Of a DNA stretch of 36,998 bases, positions 9,638 through 18,678 are shown in pieces. The stretch covers positions 1 to 36,998 of IMG/VR virus record IMGVR_UViG_3300007544_000177. The stretch is one strand, 5' to 3'. Positions within the stretch are counted from its first letter, which is position 1. Every line of letters starts with the position of its first letter. This DNA is from a virus (Duplodnaviria > Caudoviricetes). Under the pieces are notes generated by a model. That model saw nothing but the letters and a program-made list of their open reading frames with translations, was not told the origin of the DNA and made no database searches. Position numbers and translations under genes: made by a program.

Positions 9638-10609
9638 ATGAAAGTTTTAATTACAGGTGGTGCAGGATATTTGGGTTCAGTATTAGTTGGAAAGCTATTA
9701 GAACAAAGTTATGAAGTGGTTGTTTTAGATAAATTATTATTCAATCAAACTTCATTGTTACAATATACCTCAAAATCAAAATTTAAATTTATACACGGAG
9801 ATGTCCGTAACGAAACCCTGTTGGAAAAACTTTGTAATGAAGCAGACATCATTATTCCATTGGCAGCAATTGTAGGATTTCCTGCATGTGCACAAGACCC
9901 ACAATTGGCTAAAGAAATTAACTTTCAACAAATAGTTAATATTGTTAAATTTACAAACGGAAAGGGTAAAAAGATTTTATATCCAAACACAAATAGTGGT
10001 TATGGTTTAAGTACAGGTCAATTAGAATGTACGGAAGAATCACCACTTACACCAATATCAGTTTATGGACAGACCAAATGTGACGCAGAAAACTTTTTAA
10101 GAAATTGTACCGATGCAATCACATTTAGATTAGCAACTGTGTTTGGAGTATCACCGAGAATGAGAACGGACTTATTGGTAAATGATTTTGTTTATAAAGC
10201 AATAACTGACAAATATATTGTTGTATTCGAAAAACAATTTAAAAGAAATTTCATCCACATACAGGATGTAGCATTTACTTTTTGTTTTATGATTCAACAT
10301 TATGACAAATATAAAGGTGAAGTTTTTAACATGGGATTGAGTAAAGCAAATCTTTCAAAACAAGAGTTATTAGAAAAAATACAAACTCATGTAAAAGACT
10401 TTGCAGTGGTCTACGATGACTATTATGAGGACCCAGATAAGAGGAATTACATTGTATCAAACGATAAGTTAGAATCAACAGGATGGGGCCCACAATGGGA
10501 TTTAGATAGAGGTATTAAAGAACTCATAATGGCATATCAAATGATAGTTCCAAAAATGGGTGCAGAATTTAGAAATGGTTTTCCATTAGGATACGCAAAT
10601 CAAACATAA
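9638..10609 (+). CDS. NAD-dependent nucleotide-sugar epimerase/dehydratase (extended SDR)
   Basis: VLITGGAGYLGS (GxxGxxG), LAAIVG, YGQTK (YxxxK), FRLATVFG, RNFIHIQDVA. Confidence 0.9.
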   Translation: MKVLITGGAGYLGSVLVGKLLEQSYEVVVLDKLLFNQTSLLQYTSKSKFKFIHGDVRNETLLEKLCNEADIIIPLAAIVGFPACAQDPQLAKEINFQQIVNIVKFTNGKGKKILYPNTNSGYGLSTGQLECTEESPLTPISVYGQTKCDAENFLRNCTDAITFRLATVFGVSPRMRTDLLVNDFVYKAITDKYIVVFEKQFKRNFIHIQDVAFTFCFMIQHYDKYKGEVFNMGLSKANLSKQELLEKIQTHVKDFAVVYDDYYEDPDKRNYIVSNDKLESTGWGPQWDLDRGIKELIMAYQMIVPKMGAEFRNGFPLGYANQT

Positions 10610-10610
10610 T

Positions 10611-11156
10611 ATGAGTAACAAATGGGATGAGTTTAAAATTACTCCATCAAAAAAATTTGGTTATGAAGTACCGATATATACTCCATCAATTTATAGAGAA
10701 TATAGAGGTGAGATATTTACAACATTTCATTCAGAGGAACATCCGGTAATGACACAAATACACTATGATAAGAGTGAGATTAGTATTCATGGTAGATTCT
10801 CAAAATCATACAAAGGAGTATTAAGAGGATTACATTGGGATAGTAAAACGTGGAAGTTAGTACAGGCTGCAGTGGGTGACATTTATTTAGTTGTTTTAGA
10901 TATGAGATTAAATTCACCAACATCAGGAGAATGGGAATCTTTTATTTTATCTGAGAAAGATAGAAATCAAGTATTAGTTCCACCAGGATTTGCAAACGGA
11001 CACTATGCATTAACTGATTGTATGTTTCACTATAACTTATTTTACAAAGATGGTTATGTGGATGCAGATGAGCAAGGTGTAGTTAAATGGAATGACCCAG
11101 AATACCAAATGGAATGGCCAACAACAAATCCAATATTACAAAAAAGAGATAGATAA
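10611..11156 (+). CDS. rmlC: dTDP-4-dehydrorhamnose 3,5-epimerase family (RmlC-like cupin)
   Basis: YRGEIF, SYKGVLRGLH, KLV...GDIYLVVLDMR..SPT.GEW, VLVPPGFANG, WNDP...WP. Confidence 0.85.
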   Translation: MSNKWDEFKITPSKKFGYEVPIYTPSIYREYRGEIFTTFHSEEHPVMTQIHYDKSEISIHGRFSKSYKGVLRGLHWDSKTWKLVQAAVGDIYLVVLDMRLNSPTSGEWESFILSEKDRNQVLVPPGFANGHYALTDCMFHYNLFYKDGYVDADEQGVVKWNDPEYQMEWPTTNPILQKRDR

Positions 11157-11878
11157 TGAATCCAGATTTTATTTTATTCAATGGTTGTAGTTTTACCGAA
11201 GGTGGTGGCCTAGAAAATGCAGATATTTTAAATCAATACGGATATAATCTTAATGAAAGAAAGCCACAATATTTTGAAATAAGAGAAGAATTGAGATATT
11301 CAAAAGTATTATCTACAAAATGTAATTGTGATTATATAAATTTATCAGAATCGTGTAATTCAAATGAAAATATTTTTCAAACCACTTTCGATTATATACA
11401 TGAAACGGATTTATCCGAATATAAAAATAAAATTGCAATAATACAATTAACCATGCCACAAAGGAAAACTATTTTTTGGAATGGTATTAAATATAATTTA
11501 AATAGTGCATTATTTTCGGATAGTCCATATAATGATAATCCAAAACTTAAACCTTTATTTGATTATTATTCAAATTTTGTATTGAATATATTTGATGAAG
11601 AATATCAAAGTAAAATTGATAAAAAAGAAATTTATTTATTAAATTCTTATTTAATTTCAAAAGGATTTAAACCATATTTTATTTTATATGATTATTTTTT
11701 ATTAGAAAATGAAGAAGTTAATATAGTTAATTTTGAAGGAGAAAAAAACTTAAAAAATCACATAGAAAATAATAAATTAAGAATATCCGATGATATTGAT
11801 TCTAACAATGCACATTTTTCAATAAATGGACACAAAAATATAGCAGAACTTTTATATAAAAATATAACAAATGATTAA
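11156..11878 (+). CDS. SGNH/GDSL-like protein
   Basis: FNGCSFTEG (block I variant), INLS...SNE.I, IIQLT...R, NAHFSINGHKNIAE (block V). Confidence 0.6.
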   Translation: MNPDFILFNGCSFTEGGGLENADILNQYGYNLNERKPQYFEIREELRYSKVLSTKCNCDYINLSESCNSNENIFQTTFDYIHETDLSEYKNKIAIIQLTMPQRKTIFWNGIKYNLNSALFSDSPYNDNPKLKPLFDYYSNFVLNIFDEEYQSKIDKKEIYLLNSYLISKGFKPYFILYDYFLLENEEVNIVNFEGEKNLKNHIENNKLRISDDIDSNNAHFSINGHKNIAELLYKNITND

Positions 11879-12509
11879 AAATTTAGAACAATATCCAATA
11901 GTAAGAACTGAAACCGAAATTGGATGGACAACAGAAAAACTTATTCGTTTTGAAAATAGAATAGTAGAACATTGGGAGGCAGGAAAAATAAGGGGCCCAA
12001 TTCACTTATCAAACGGAAACGAAGAACAACTAATAGAAATATTCAAAAGAGTTTCAGAAAATGATTGGGTATTTAGTACATGGCGTTCTCACTATCATTG
12101 GTTATTAAAGGGTGTTTCGGCCGATTATGCCGAAGAACTTATCTTACAAGGTAAATCTATTACTCTATGTGATATAGACGATAAATTCTACGCATCAGCA
12201 ATTGTGGGTGGGACGTTATCAATAGCATTGGGAGTGGCAATGGGAATTAAGGCAAAGGGTGGTGATGAAAAAGTATTTGTGTTTGTAGGTGATATGTCAT
12301 TTGAAAGTGGTATATTCTATGAAGTTCACAAATATGCAAAAAACTTTGATTTACCAATTGTATTTGTCGTAGAAGATAATGGAGTATCAACGTATACACC
12401 AACCGAAGCAACTTGGAATACAAAAAGAGAAGTTCCATCGGATGTAATATATTATACATATAAATCAAAATTTCCACATTACGGGACTGGTAAATGGATA
12501 GCATTTTAA
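11871..12509 (+). CDS. Short TPP-dependent dehydrogenase E1 alpha-like subunit
   Basis: IRGPIHLSNGNEE, STWRSHYH, SAIVGG and the TPP-binding GDMSFESG...VVEDN motif; 212 aa. Confidence 0.85.
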   Translation: MIKNLEQYPIVRTETEIGWTTEKLIRFENRIVEHWEAGKIRGPIHLSNGNEEQLIEIFKRVSENDWVFSTWRSHYHWLLKGVSADYAEELILQGKSITLCDIDDKFYASAIVGGTLSIALGVAMGIKAKGGDEKVFVFVGDMSFESGIFYEVHKYAKNFDLPIVFVVEDNGVSTYTPTEATWNTKREVPSDVIYYTYKSKFPHYGTGKWIAF

Positions 12510-12519
12510 AAAACAATTT

Positions 12520-13893
12520 ATGATAAAATTTATATTTGATAGAGAAGATTATATGAGAAACCGACCATATCCAAATTTATGGCACAGAGAAGTTTTTTTA
12601 AAATATAATCACACAAACGAAGAATATGATTATAATAATAATACTCAAGAGTTTATTTTACATACTTGTCATTCGGAACTATATCATAATTTAATTAAAC
12701 ATCGAAAAGATTATGTTTATTTAAATGAAGATATTGATATTTTGGGATTTTATTTTTATCCAATAGAACTTTATGGTGACCATAGAAATTTAATAGCAGA
12801 AGATAGAATATCTACAACGAATAAAAAATATAGTACATCTTTTATAAAAAACATACCATTTAAAGCAATACAAATGGCTAAGTGGGAAAAATTAAAATTT
12901 GTAATCAATTATTCGCACGAACCATTTTCAGATATGAATTTCATAAATTCATTTCATAAAGATATACAATCCATTGGATTACATCCTTCTCATTTTATAT
13001 TTTTTGTTGGAACCTCAAATTTATTTGAATTACTTCCTGAAATAAAAACTTTGGGGTATACCTTTTTATTTGAAGATAGTATTTTAACATCAACTGCTAA
13101 AAAAATAAAAGAACTACAATATAAACCAAATAATACTCTTGGATACGAAACTACTTTTATTAAAGAAGATGAGATTGATATAAAAAGAAACAAACATTTT
13201 GTATGTTTAAATAGAAATTCTCAAAAACCTTTTAGATATACATTTGGTTGTTTTTTAGAAAGCAAAAATATGTGGGATAAAATATATGCTAGTTTTCTTA
13301 AAAAATCAGAAAATAAAGCATTATATAAAACTGGAAATGAAAAATTTGATTTAGAAATTTTAGAAGCAGAGAAATTGTTTTCAAAGAAAATACCAATTGA
13401 GGTTGATACTCAAAATTCGGAAGATAAAGAATCATTTGAAGTTGCAAAAGCATTTAAAAAAGAAATTTATTTAGATTCCTACATATACATTGTAACTGAA
13501 ACCAATTTTGAAAAAGATATATTTCTTACTGAAAAAATATGTAACCCAATGGCAGTATTACAACCATTTATAGTATTTGGTGCACATGGTTATTTAAAAT
13601 ATTTAAGGTCATTTGGATTTGAAACTTTTGACGGATTTATTGATGAAAGTTATGATGAAATCGAAAATAATGAAGAAAGATATTTAAAAGTTTGTAATGA
13701 GATTGAAAGAATATCAAATCTACCATTAGAAGAATTACATAATTGGTATATTTCAATAAAAGAAAAATTAATACATAATAGAACACATTTAATATCGTTC
13801 GCAGATAAAACAATGTTTAAAAATAATTTACAAAAAATAGAAAAAGAATGGGTAACGAGACAAATGCAAATAGAAGGAAGAAAGTTATTATAA
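12520..13893 (+). CDS. Putative glycosyltransferase, GT10-like C-terminal motif
   Basis: FVCLNR...R; YIYIVTET...FLTEKICNPMAVLQPFIVFG resembles the GT10 'ENS...YITEK...P.V.G' motif; GF.TF...IDESYD. Paralogue of 18679 and 20928. Confidence 0.5.
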   Translation: MIKFIFDREDYMRNRPYPNLWHREVFLKYNHTNEEYDYNNNTQEFILHTCHSELYHNLIKHRKDYVYLNEDIDILGFYFYPIELYGDHRNLIAEDRISTTNKKYSTSFIKNIPFKAIQMAKWEKLKFVINYSHEPFSDMNFINSFHKDIQSIGLHPSHFIFFVGTSNLFELLPEIKTLGYTFLFEDSILTSTAKKIKELQYKPNNTLGYETTFIKEDEIDIKRNKHFVCLNRNSQKPFRYTFGCFLESKNMWDKIYASFLKKSENKALYKTGNEKFDLEILEAEKLFSKKIPIEVDTQNSEDKESFEVAKAFKKEIYLDSYIYIVTETNFEKDIFLTEKICNPMAVLQPFIVFGAHGYLKYLRSFGFETFDGFIDESYDEIENNEERYLKVCNEIERISNLPLEELHNWYISIKEKLIHNRTHLISFADKTMFKNNLQKIEKEWVTRQMQIEGRKLL

Positions 13894-14804
13894 CCGGATG
13901 CAGCGGATTAGTAGGAATACATTTAGTGAAAAAATCTTTACAAAAAGGTTACGATGTAATTGGAGTAGATTTAAAATATTCTAAAAATTTACCAAAATCA
14001 GATAATTTTACATTTTATGAAATGGATTTAACAATAGAAGATAATGTTAAAAATCTTTTCTTTTATGAAACACCTGATGTGGTATTTAATACATTTGGAG
14101 TTAAAGGTTCTCCATTAAGAGCAAAGAATAGTCCGGTAGATTTCTTATATCCATCATTTAAAATTAATACTGAAATAATAAACCAATGTGCAAAAAATAA
14201 CATTTGGTTGGTATTCGTAAGTTCAGTTGGAGTATACGCACCTGCAGAAACATTTGTAGAAGATAGTGTATGGAAAACCCTACCATCCGAAGCAGATTGG
14301 TTTCCAAGTTGGAGTAAGAGAATGGGTGAAGTTTTATTAGAAGCATATAAAGTTCAATACAATTATACAAATTGGGCAATCATAAGACCGGCAAACATCT
14401 TTGGTGAGTATGATGATTTTAGTGGAAATGGAACTGTAATTGCAACTCAATGTAAAAAAATACATGAGGCAACCGATTCAATTGAAGCTTGGGGTGATGG
14501 TACTCCTATTAGAGATTTTGTATATGCAGGAGATGTTGCAGATGCGATTATTCAATTATATGAAATGAACACACATACGACTGTAAATTTTGGTGCAGGT
14601 GAAGAAATTACTATTAAATCTATGATTGAAGAATTGATTAAAATTAGTGGTAAAGATATATCTATAAATTGGGATACTACAAAACCCAATGGTGATATGA
14701 GAAGACAAATGGATACTACAAAACAAAAAGAATTGGTGTTATTACCAAAATTAGGATTTAAAGAAGCATTACAAAAAACGTATAATTTTTATTGTGGAAA
14801 ATAA
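13848..14804 (+). CDS. Extended SDR, GDP-fucose synthase/epimerase-like
   Basis: ITGCSGLVG, VSSVGVY, RPANIFGEYD, WGDGTPIRDFVYAGD; PSWSK in place of YxxxK. Confidence 0.8.
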   Translation: MGNETNANRRKKVIITGCSGLVGIHLVKKSLQKGYDVIGVDLKYSKNLPKSDNFTFYEMDLTIEDNVKNLFFYETPDVVFNTFGVKGSPLRAKNSPVDFLYPSFKINTEIINQCAKNNIWLVFVSSVGVYAPAETFVEDSVWKTLPSEADWFPSWSKRMGEVLLEAYKVQYNYTNWAIIRPANIFGEYDDFSGNGTVIATQCKKIHEATDSIEAWGDGTPIRDFVYAGDVADAIIQLYEMNTHTTVNFGAGEEITIKSMIEELIKISGKDISINWDTTKPNGDMRRQMDTTKQKELVLLPKLGFKEALQKTYNFYCGK

Positions 14805-15870
14805 ATTACATATAGTTACATCGGGTTGTTCATTTACTCACAATTATAGAGTTAATATATCTTTACCAGAAAAAGAAGATAGATGGAAAAATGATGTAAA
14901 AGAAGATTATACTTGGTTTCATTGGTTATGGAGAACATTGGGTAAAGATGCCGAATTTCATAATTACGGAACAATTACAAATGATAATAAAACAATATGT
15001 CGTTCAATATTCTATAAAGTAAGTGATTTAATTTATAATCAGAAAATTAATCCAAAAGATATAATAGTTGTTGCACAATGGACAACGTTAACTAGAAATT
15101 CTTTTTTTATTTCTCCATCAAAATATTTAGAAAATCCAAAAAATGATTTAACAAAATTATGGTTAGAAAAAAATGATTCACATCCACATACAAACGATTT
15201 TATTAAATTTGATGAAAAAGAACATTGTTATCAACATGGGTATTATTATCTAACAGGTGGTTATAATTTAACGGAACATCCTGGTAAAGTTGATGAATTT
15301 GCAGCACATTATTTAGATTCGGTAATGTCAAAAGAAGAAAGATATATTGATTGGTTTGACTCATTGGTTGGATTATTAAGTTGGTTAGAAAAAGTAGGAG
15401 TTACTAAATTTTATTCTTTTAATATGAATAATAATTTTTCTAAAAATGCATTAGATACCAGAACGCCACCATATGATACTTGGGACAATGTAAAATTTGG
15501 AACACCGTATCAACAAATGATAGAACAAAAAAAAATACAAAATACTTGGAAACAACCTACTATAATAGAAAATAATCCATATGTAAAAATGTATTCGGAT
15601 AGAATTGACTTTGAAAAATACTTTTGGTTTTTTGAAGAAAATTCCGTATCTTCATTTGGTGGAATAATAGAATGGAGTATTAGAAATTTCGATTATAACA
15701 TTAACGATGGTAATTATAATTTACCAAAAGTATTATGGAGAGAAATGAATGGTATGGATTTAGATGAACAAAAAAAATATTTAGAAAAAAGTTGGTATGG
15801 GCACACATCATCCATATTGACAAGAAAATTTGTAAATGATGTAGTTTTAAATTGGGATATATTCAAATAA
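14794..15870 (+). CDS. SGNH/GDSL-like protein (GTG start)
   Basis: VTSGCSFT, NYGTITNDNKTI, VVAQWT..TR, C-terminal GHTS; clear paralogue of 19855. Confidence 0.6.
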   Translation: MENKLHIVTSGCSFTHNYRVNISLPEKEDRWKNDVKEDYTWFHWLWRTLGKDAEFHNYGTITNDNKTICRSIFYKVSDLIYNQKINPKDIIVVAQWTTLTRNSFFISPSKYLENPKNDLTKLWLEKNDSHPHTNDFIKFDEKEHCYQHGYYYLTGGYNLTEHPGKVDEFAAHYLDSVMSKEERYIDWFDSLVGLLSWLEKVGVTKFYSFNMNNNFSKNALDTRTPPYDTWDNVKFGTPYQQMIEQKKIQNTWKQPTIIENNPYVKMYSDRIDFEKYFWFFEENSVSSFGGIIEWSIRNFDYNINDGNYNLPKVLWREMNGMDLDEQKKYLEKSWYGHTSSILTRKFVNDVVLNWDIFK

Positions 15871-15876
15871 AAAAAT

Positions 15877-16869
15877 ATGAAAAAAACAGACAAAATTTTA
15901 GTTACAGGAGCAAGTGGATTCATAGGGTCCAGATTAATCAAATCTCTATGGGAGCAAGGGTATACAAATATCCGAGCAGTAACCTTTGGTAGAAATTTAA
16001 GAGAAGATTTTAAAGGTTGGGAAAATGTAGAACACTTAAAAGGAGATTTACAAACTGCAGAATTTTGTAATAAAGTTACAGAAGGAGCCGATGTAATTTT
16101 CCATTGTGCGGCAAATACATCAAATGCATTGGATACAAAAGTTAATCCTCTATTGCACGTTACTGCAAATGTGGAAATGAATGTAAATTTAATGGAGCAA
16201 GCTTGGAAAAACAAAGTTCGTAAATTTATGTATATTTCTTCAAATACCGTCTATCCTGATTTAGGTAATGATTATTGTTATGAAACTGAAAATTGTCAAA
16301 CACCTGACATATTTCCTGTTTACAAAGCAGTTGGTAATATGAAAAGATATGGTGAAACACTTTGTGATTTCTTATCAAACCACATTCATAACCCAATGCA
16401 ATGTGTTATTATTAGACCTTCAAATGCATTTGGGCCAAATGATAAATATGATTATGAAAAGTGTCATGTTACTCCTGCAAACATTAGAAAGGTTGCAGAT
16501 AATTTAAATCCAATTCCAGTATGGGGTGATGGTACGGAAATTAGAGATGTAATCCATGTAGACGATATGGTTGGTGGATTTATATGTGTTGCAGAAAATG
16601 TAGATACATACGATATATACAATGTATGTTATGGAACAGGATACAGTGTTAATGAGGTTTTAAACACCATTAAAGAGGTTGAAAATAATAATAATACAAT
16701 TGAGTATGTAAGTAATAAGGCCCCAATGATACCCGTTAGATTACTTTCTAATGAGAAACTGCGTAAGTTGGGATGGAAACCAAAATACGATTTAAAAACT
16801 GGATTAGAAAACGCTTTACAATGGTATAAATCTCATAAAAACGAATTTAATCCAAACTCAAAACCATAG
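15877..16869 (+). CDS. Extended SDR, GDP-fucose synthase/epimerase-like
   Basis: LVTGASGFIGS, IFHCAA, ISSNTVYP, RPSNAFGPND, CHV.PA, VWGDGTEIRDVIHVDD; VGNMK in place of YxxxK. Confidence 0.85.
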   Translation: MKKTDKILVTGASGFIGSRLIKSLWEQGYTNIRAVTFGRNLREDFKGWENVEHLKGDLQTAEFCNKVTEGADVIFHCAANTSNALDTKVNPLLHVTANVEMNVNLMEQAWKNKVRKFMYISSNTVYPDLGNDYCYETENCQTPDIFPVYKAVGNMKRYGETLCDFLSNHIHNPMQCVIIRPSNAFGPNDKYDYEKCHVTPANIRKVADNLNPIPVWGDGTEIRDVIHVDDMVGGFICVAENVDTYDIYNVCYGTGYSVNEVLNTIKEVENNNNTIEYVSNKAPMIPVRLLSNEKLRKLGWKPKYDLKTGLENALQWYKSHKNEFNPNSKP

Positions 16870-17987
16870 TGGATAATAAAGAGGAAATATTAAAAAAATA
16901 TGTATGTGAAATGCCATTCATGTACAGTGATGTACAATGGTCATCTCAATTCATATGCTGTCCTTCTTGGGCACCTCAAAGCATTAGAGTAGACGAAACT
17001 GGAAAAGAAAATTGGTTTCCTGTAAATGAAAGCGATGATGTTATGAGAAATTGGACATCGGAACCAGCTCAAAATATTCGTAAATCGGTAATGGATGGAA
17101 GTTACAAATATTGTAATCATACAATATGTCCAAGATTAAATGAACTAATAAATACAGGTAGAAAACCTTATTTATTTAGAGAAATAGAAGATTTTAAAGA
17201 AGTTTACAATATACACACCGAAGAAGATATAATCAATTTTAAAACTCCTCCTGAAGAAATTCTTTTTGGATTTGATAGAAGTTGTAATTTAAAATGTCCT
17301 TCTTGTAGAGTTAATCTAATACCAAATGATGATTTAGAATCACCAGAACATAAAGCAAAATTACATTTATTAAAATCAATAGAAGATAATTTTGCAAAAG
17401 GACTGAAAAGGATTATGGTTACCGGAAGTGGTGACCCGTTTTATTCTAAAATTTATAGAGATTATCTTTTAAACTTTGATATTACGAAATATCCAAAATT
17501 AGAACAATTGCAAATAATTACAAATGGTAATTTATTAGATGAACCTTTATGGAAAAAGATGAAGGCCACTCCGTATATAAAAACAATTGAAATTAGTATA
17601 GACGCCGCTACAAAAGAAACATACGAAAAGAAAACCAGATGGAATGGGCAGTGGGATAGATTAATAGAAAATTTGAAATTTTTAGCAACGCAAGACCATT
17701 TAATAGAAGAATTTGTATGTTCAATGGTAGTTAGTAAACATAACTACAAAGAAATGTTTATGTTTTATGAACTAATAACTGACATATTTAAAGATTCTAA
17801 ATTTAAATGGGGCATAAGTATAAATTATAGACAGATAGTAGATTGGGGAACTTTCCCCGCAGACTATTTAGAGGAATTACAAGTATTCAATCCAACCAAT
17901 GTTTTGTTTAGAGATTTTCTGACCGAAGTAAAAAAAATACATAATTTAAAATATGTAAATCATAATTTTCATCACTTATTTAATTAA
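16869..17987 (+). CDS. Radical SAM protein with N-terminal Cys-rich domain (GTG start)
   Basis: CNLKCPSC, TGSGDPF, ITNG, ISIDA; N-terminal CEMPF...CCPSW...YCNHTICP. Confidence 0.85.
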   Translation: MDNKEEILKKYVCEMPFMYSDVQWSSQFICCPSWAPQSIRVDETGKENWFPVNESDDVMRNWTSEPAQNIRKSVMDGSYKYCNHTICPRLNELINTGRKPYLFREIEDFKEVYNIHTEEDIINFKTPPEEILFGFDRSCNLKCPSCRVNLIPNDDLESPEHKAKLHLLKSIEDNFAKGLKRIMVTGSGDPFYSKIYRDYLLNFDITKYPKLEQLQIITNGNLLDEPLWKKMKATPYIKTIEISIDAATKETYEKKTRWNGQWDRLIENLKFLATQDHLIEEFVCSMVVSKHNYKEMFMFYELITDIFKDSKFKWGISINYRQIVDWGTFPADYLEELQVFNPTNVLFRDFLTEVKKIHNLKYVNHNFHHLFN

Positions 17988-17989
17988 AT

Positions 17990-18532
17990 ATGAACACACC
18001 GGAATATACACCATACAAAGATGCTTTAACAAAAGCAATGACAGATTTGGCAAATTTAGATGATTCAATTTTCATCGGCCAACAAATAATTTATGCGGGA
18101 AACCCAATGAGTACAACTTTGGGAAATGTCCCAAAAGAAAAAATGATTGAAGTTCCTGTTATGGAAGAAACACAAATGGGAATGAGTTTGGGATTGGCAA
18201 TGACCGGTAAAAGAGTTATTACATTTTATCCTAGATGGGATTTTATTGTATCTGCAGCAAATCAGTTAATAAATCACGTTGATAAATTTGAATTAATGAC
18301 TGGAAAAAAATTAAACTTGATTATTAGATTGGGTAAAGGTAGTGATACACCATTGGACCCCGGCCATCAACACAAAGGAAGTTATTTTGAAGAGTTTAAA
18401 TCAATTTGTAAAAATATTGAATTTCACGATTTAAAAAATTGGAAAGATATAGAATTAGCATATCAATATGCAATTAAAGAAGGTGGTATTCATTTATTAG
18501 TTGAATATCCTGAATTATATTATCAAAATTAA
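17990..18532 (+). CDS. TPP-dependent E1 beta-like subunit, pyrimidine-binding domain only
   Basis: YKDAL..AM, IFIGQ, IEVPVMEETQMGMSLGLAMTG, DF...AANQLINH, GHQH; 180 aa, no transketolase C-terminal domain. Confidence 0.8.
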   Translation: MNTPEYTPYKDALTKAMTDLANLDDSIFIGQQIIYAGNPMSTTLGNVPKEKMIEVPVMEETQMGMSLGLAMTGKRVITFYPRWDFIVSAANQLINHVDKFELMTGKKLNLIIRLGKGSDTPLDPGHQHKGSYFEEFKSICKNIEFHDLKNWKDIELAYQYAIKEGGIHLLVEYPELYYQN

Positions 18533-18538
18533 AAAAAT

Positions 18539-18676
18539 ATGAAAAAATTATTAAAAAAAATACCTCTAATTTCTTTTTTTGTAAAGAAATACGATGATTA
18601 TAAAACAAAAAAAAGAATCAAAAAAAAGTTAGAAGAACTTAAAAAAAGAGACCCGTTTGTATATAAATCGTTTTAA
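18539..18676 (+). CDS. Small basic protein (45 aa), not in the ORF track
   Basis: Translated by hand: MKKLLKKIPLISFFVKKYDDYKTKKRIKKKLEELKKRDPFVYKSF*. Fills the 18533-18678 gap almost exactly. Confidence 0.7.
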   Translation: MKKLLKKIPLISFFVKKYDDYKTKKRIKKKLEELKKRDPFVYKSF

Positions 18677-18678
18677 TT

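Noticed and set aside
11871-12509. Annotation as pyruvate dehydrogenase pdhA/pdhB for central metabolism
   Set aside because: Both subunits are too short, no E2/E3 is visible and the context is sugar biosynthesis; gene symbols withheld.
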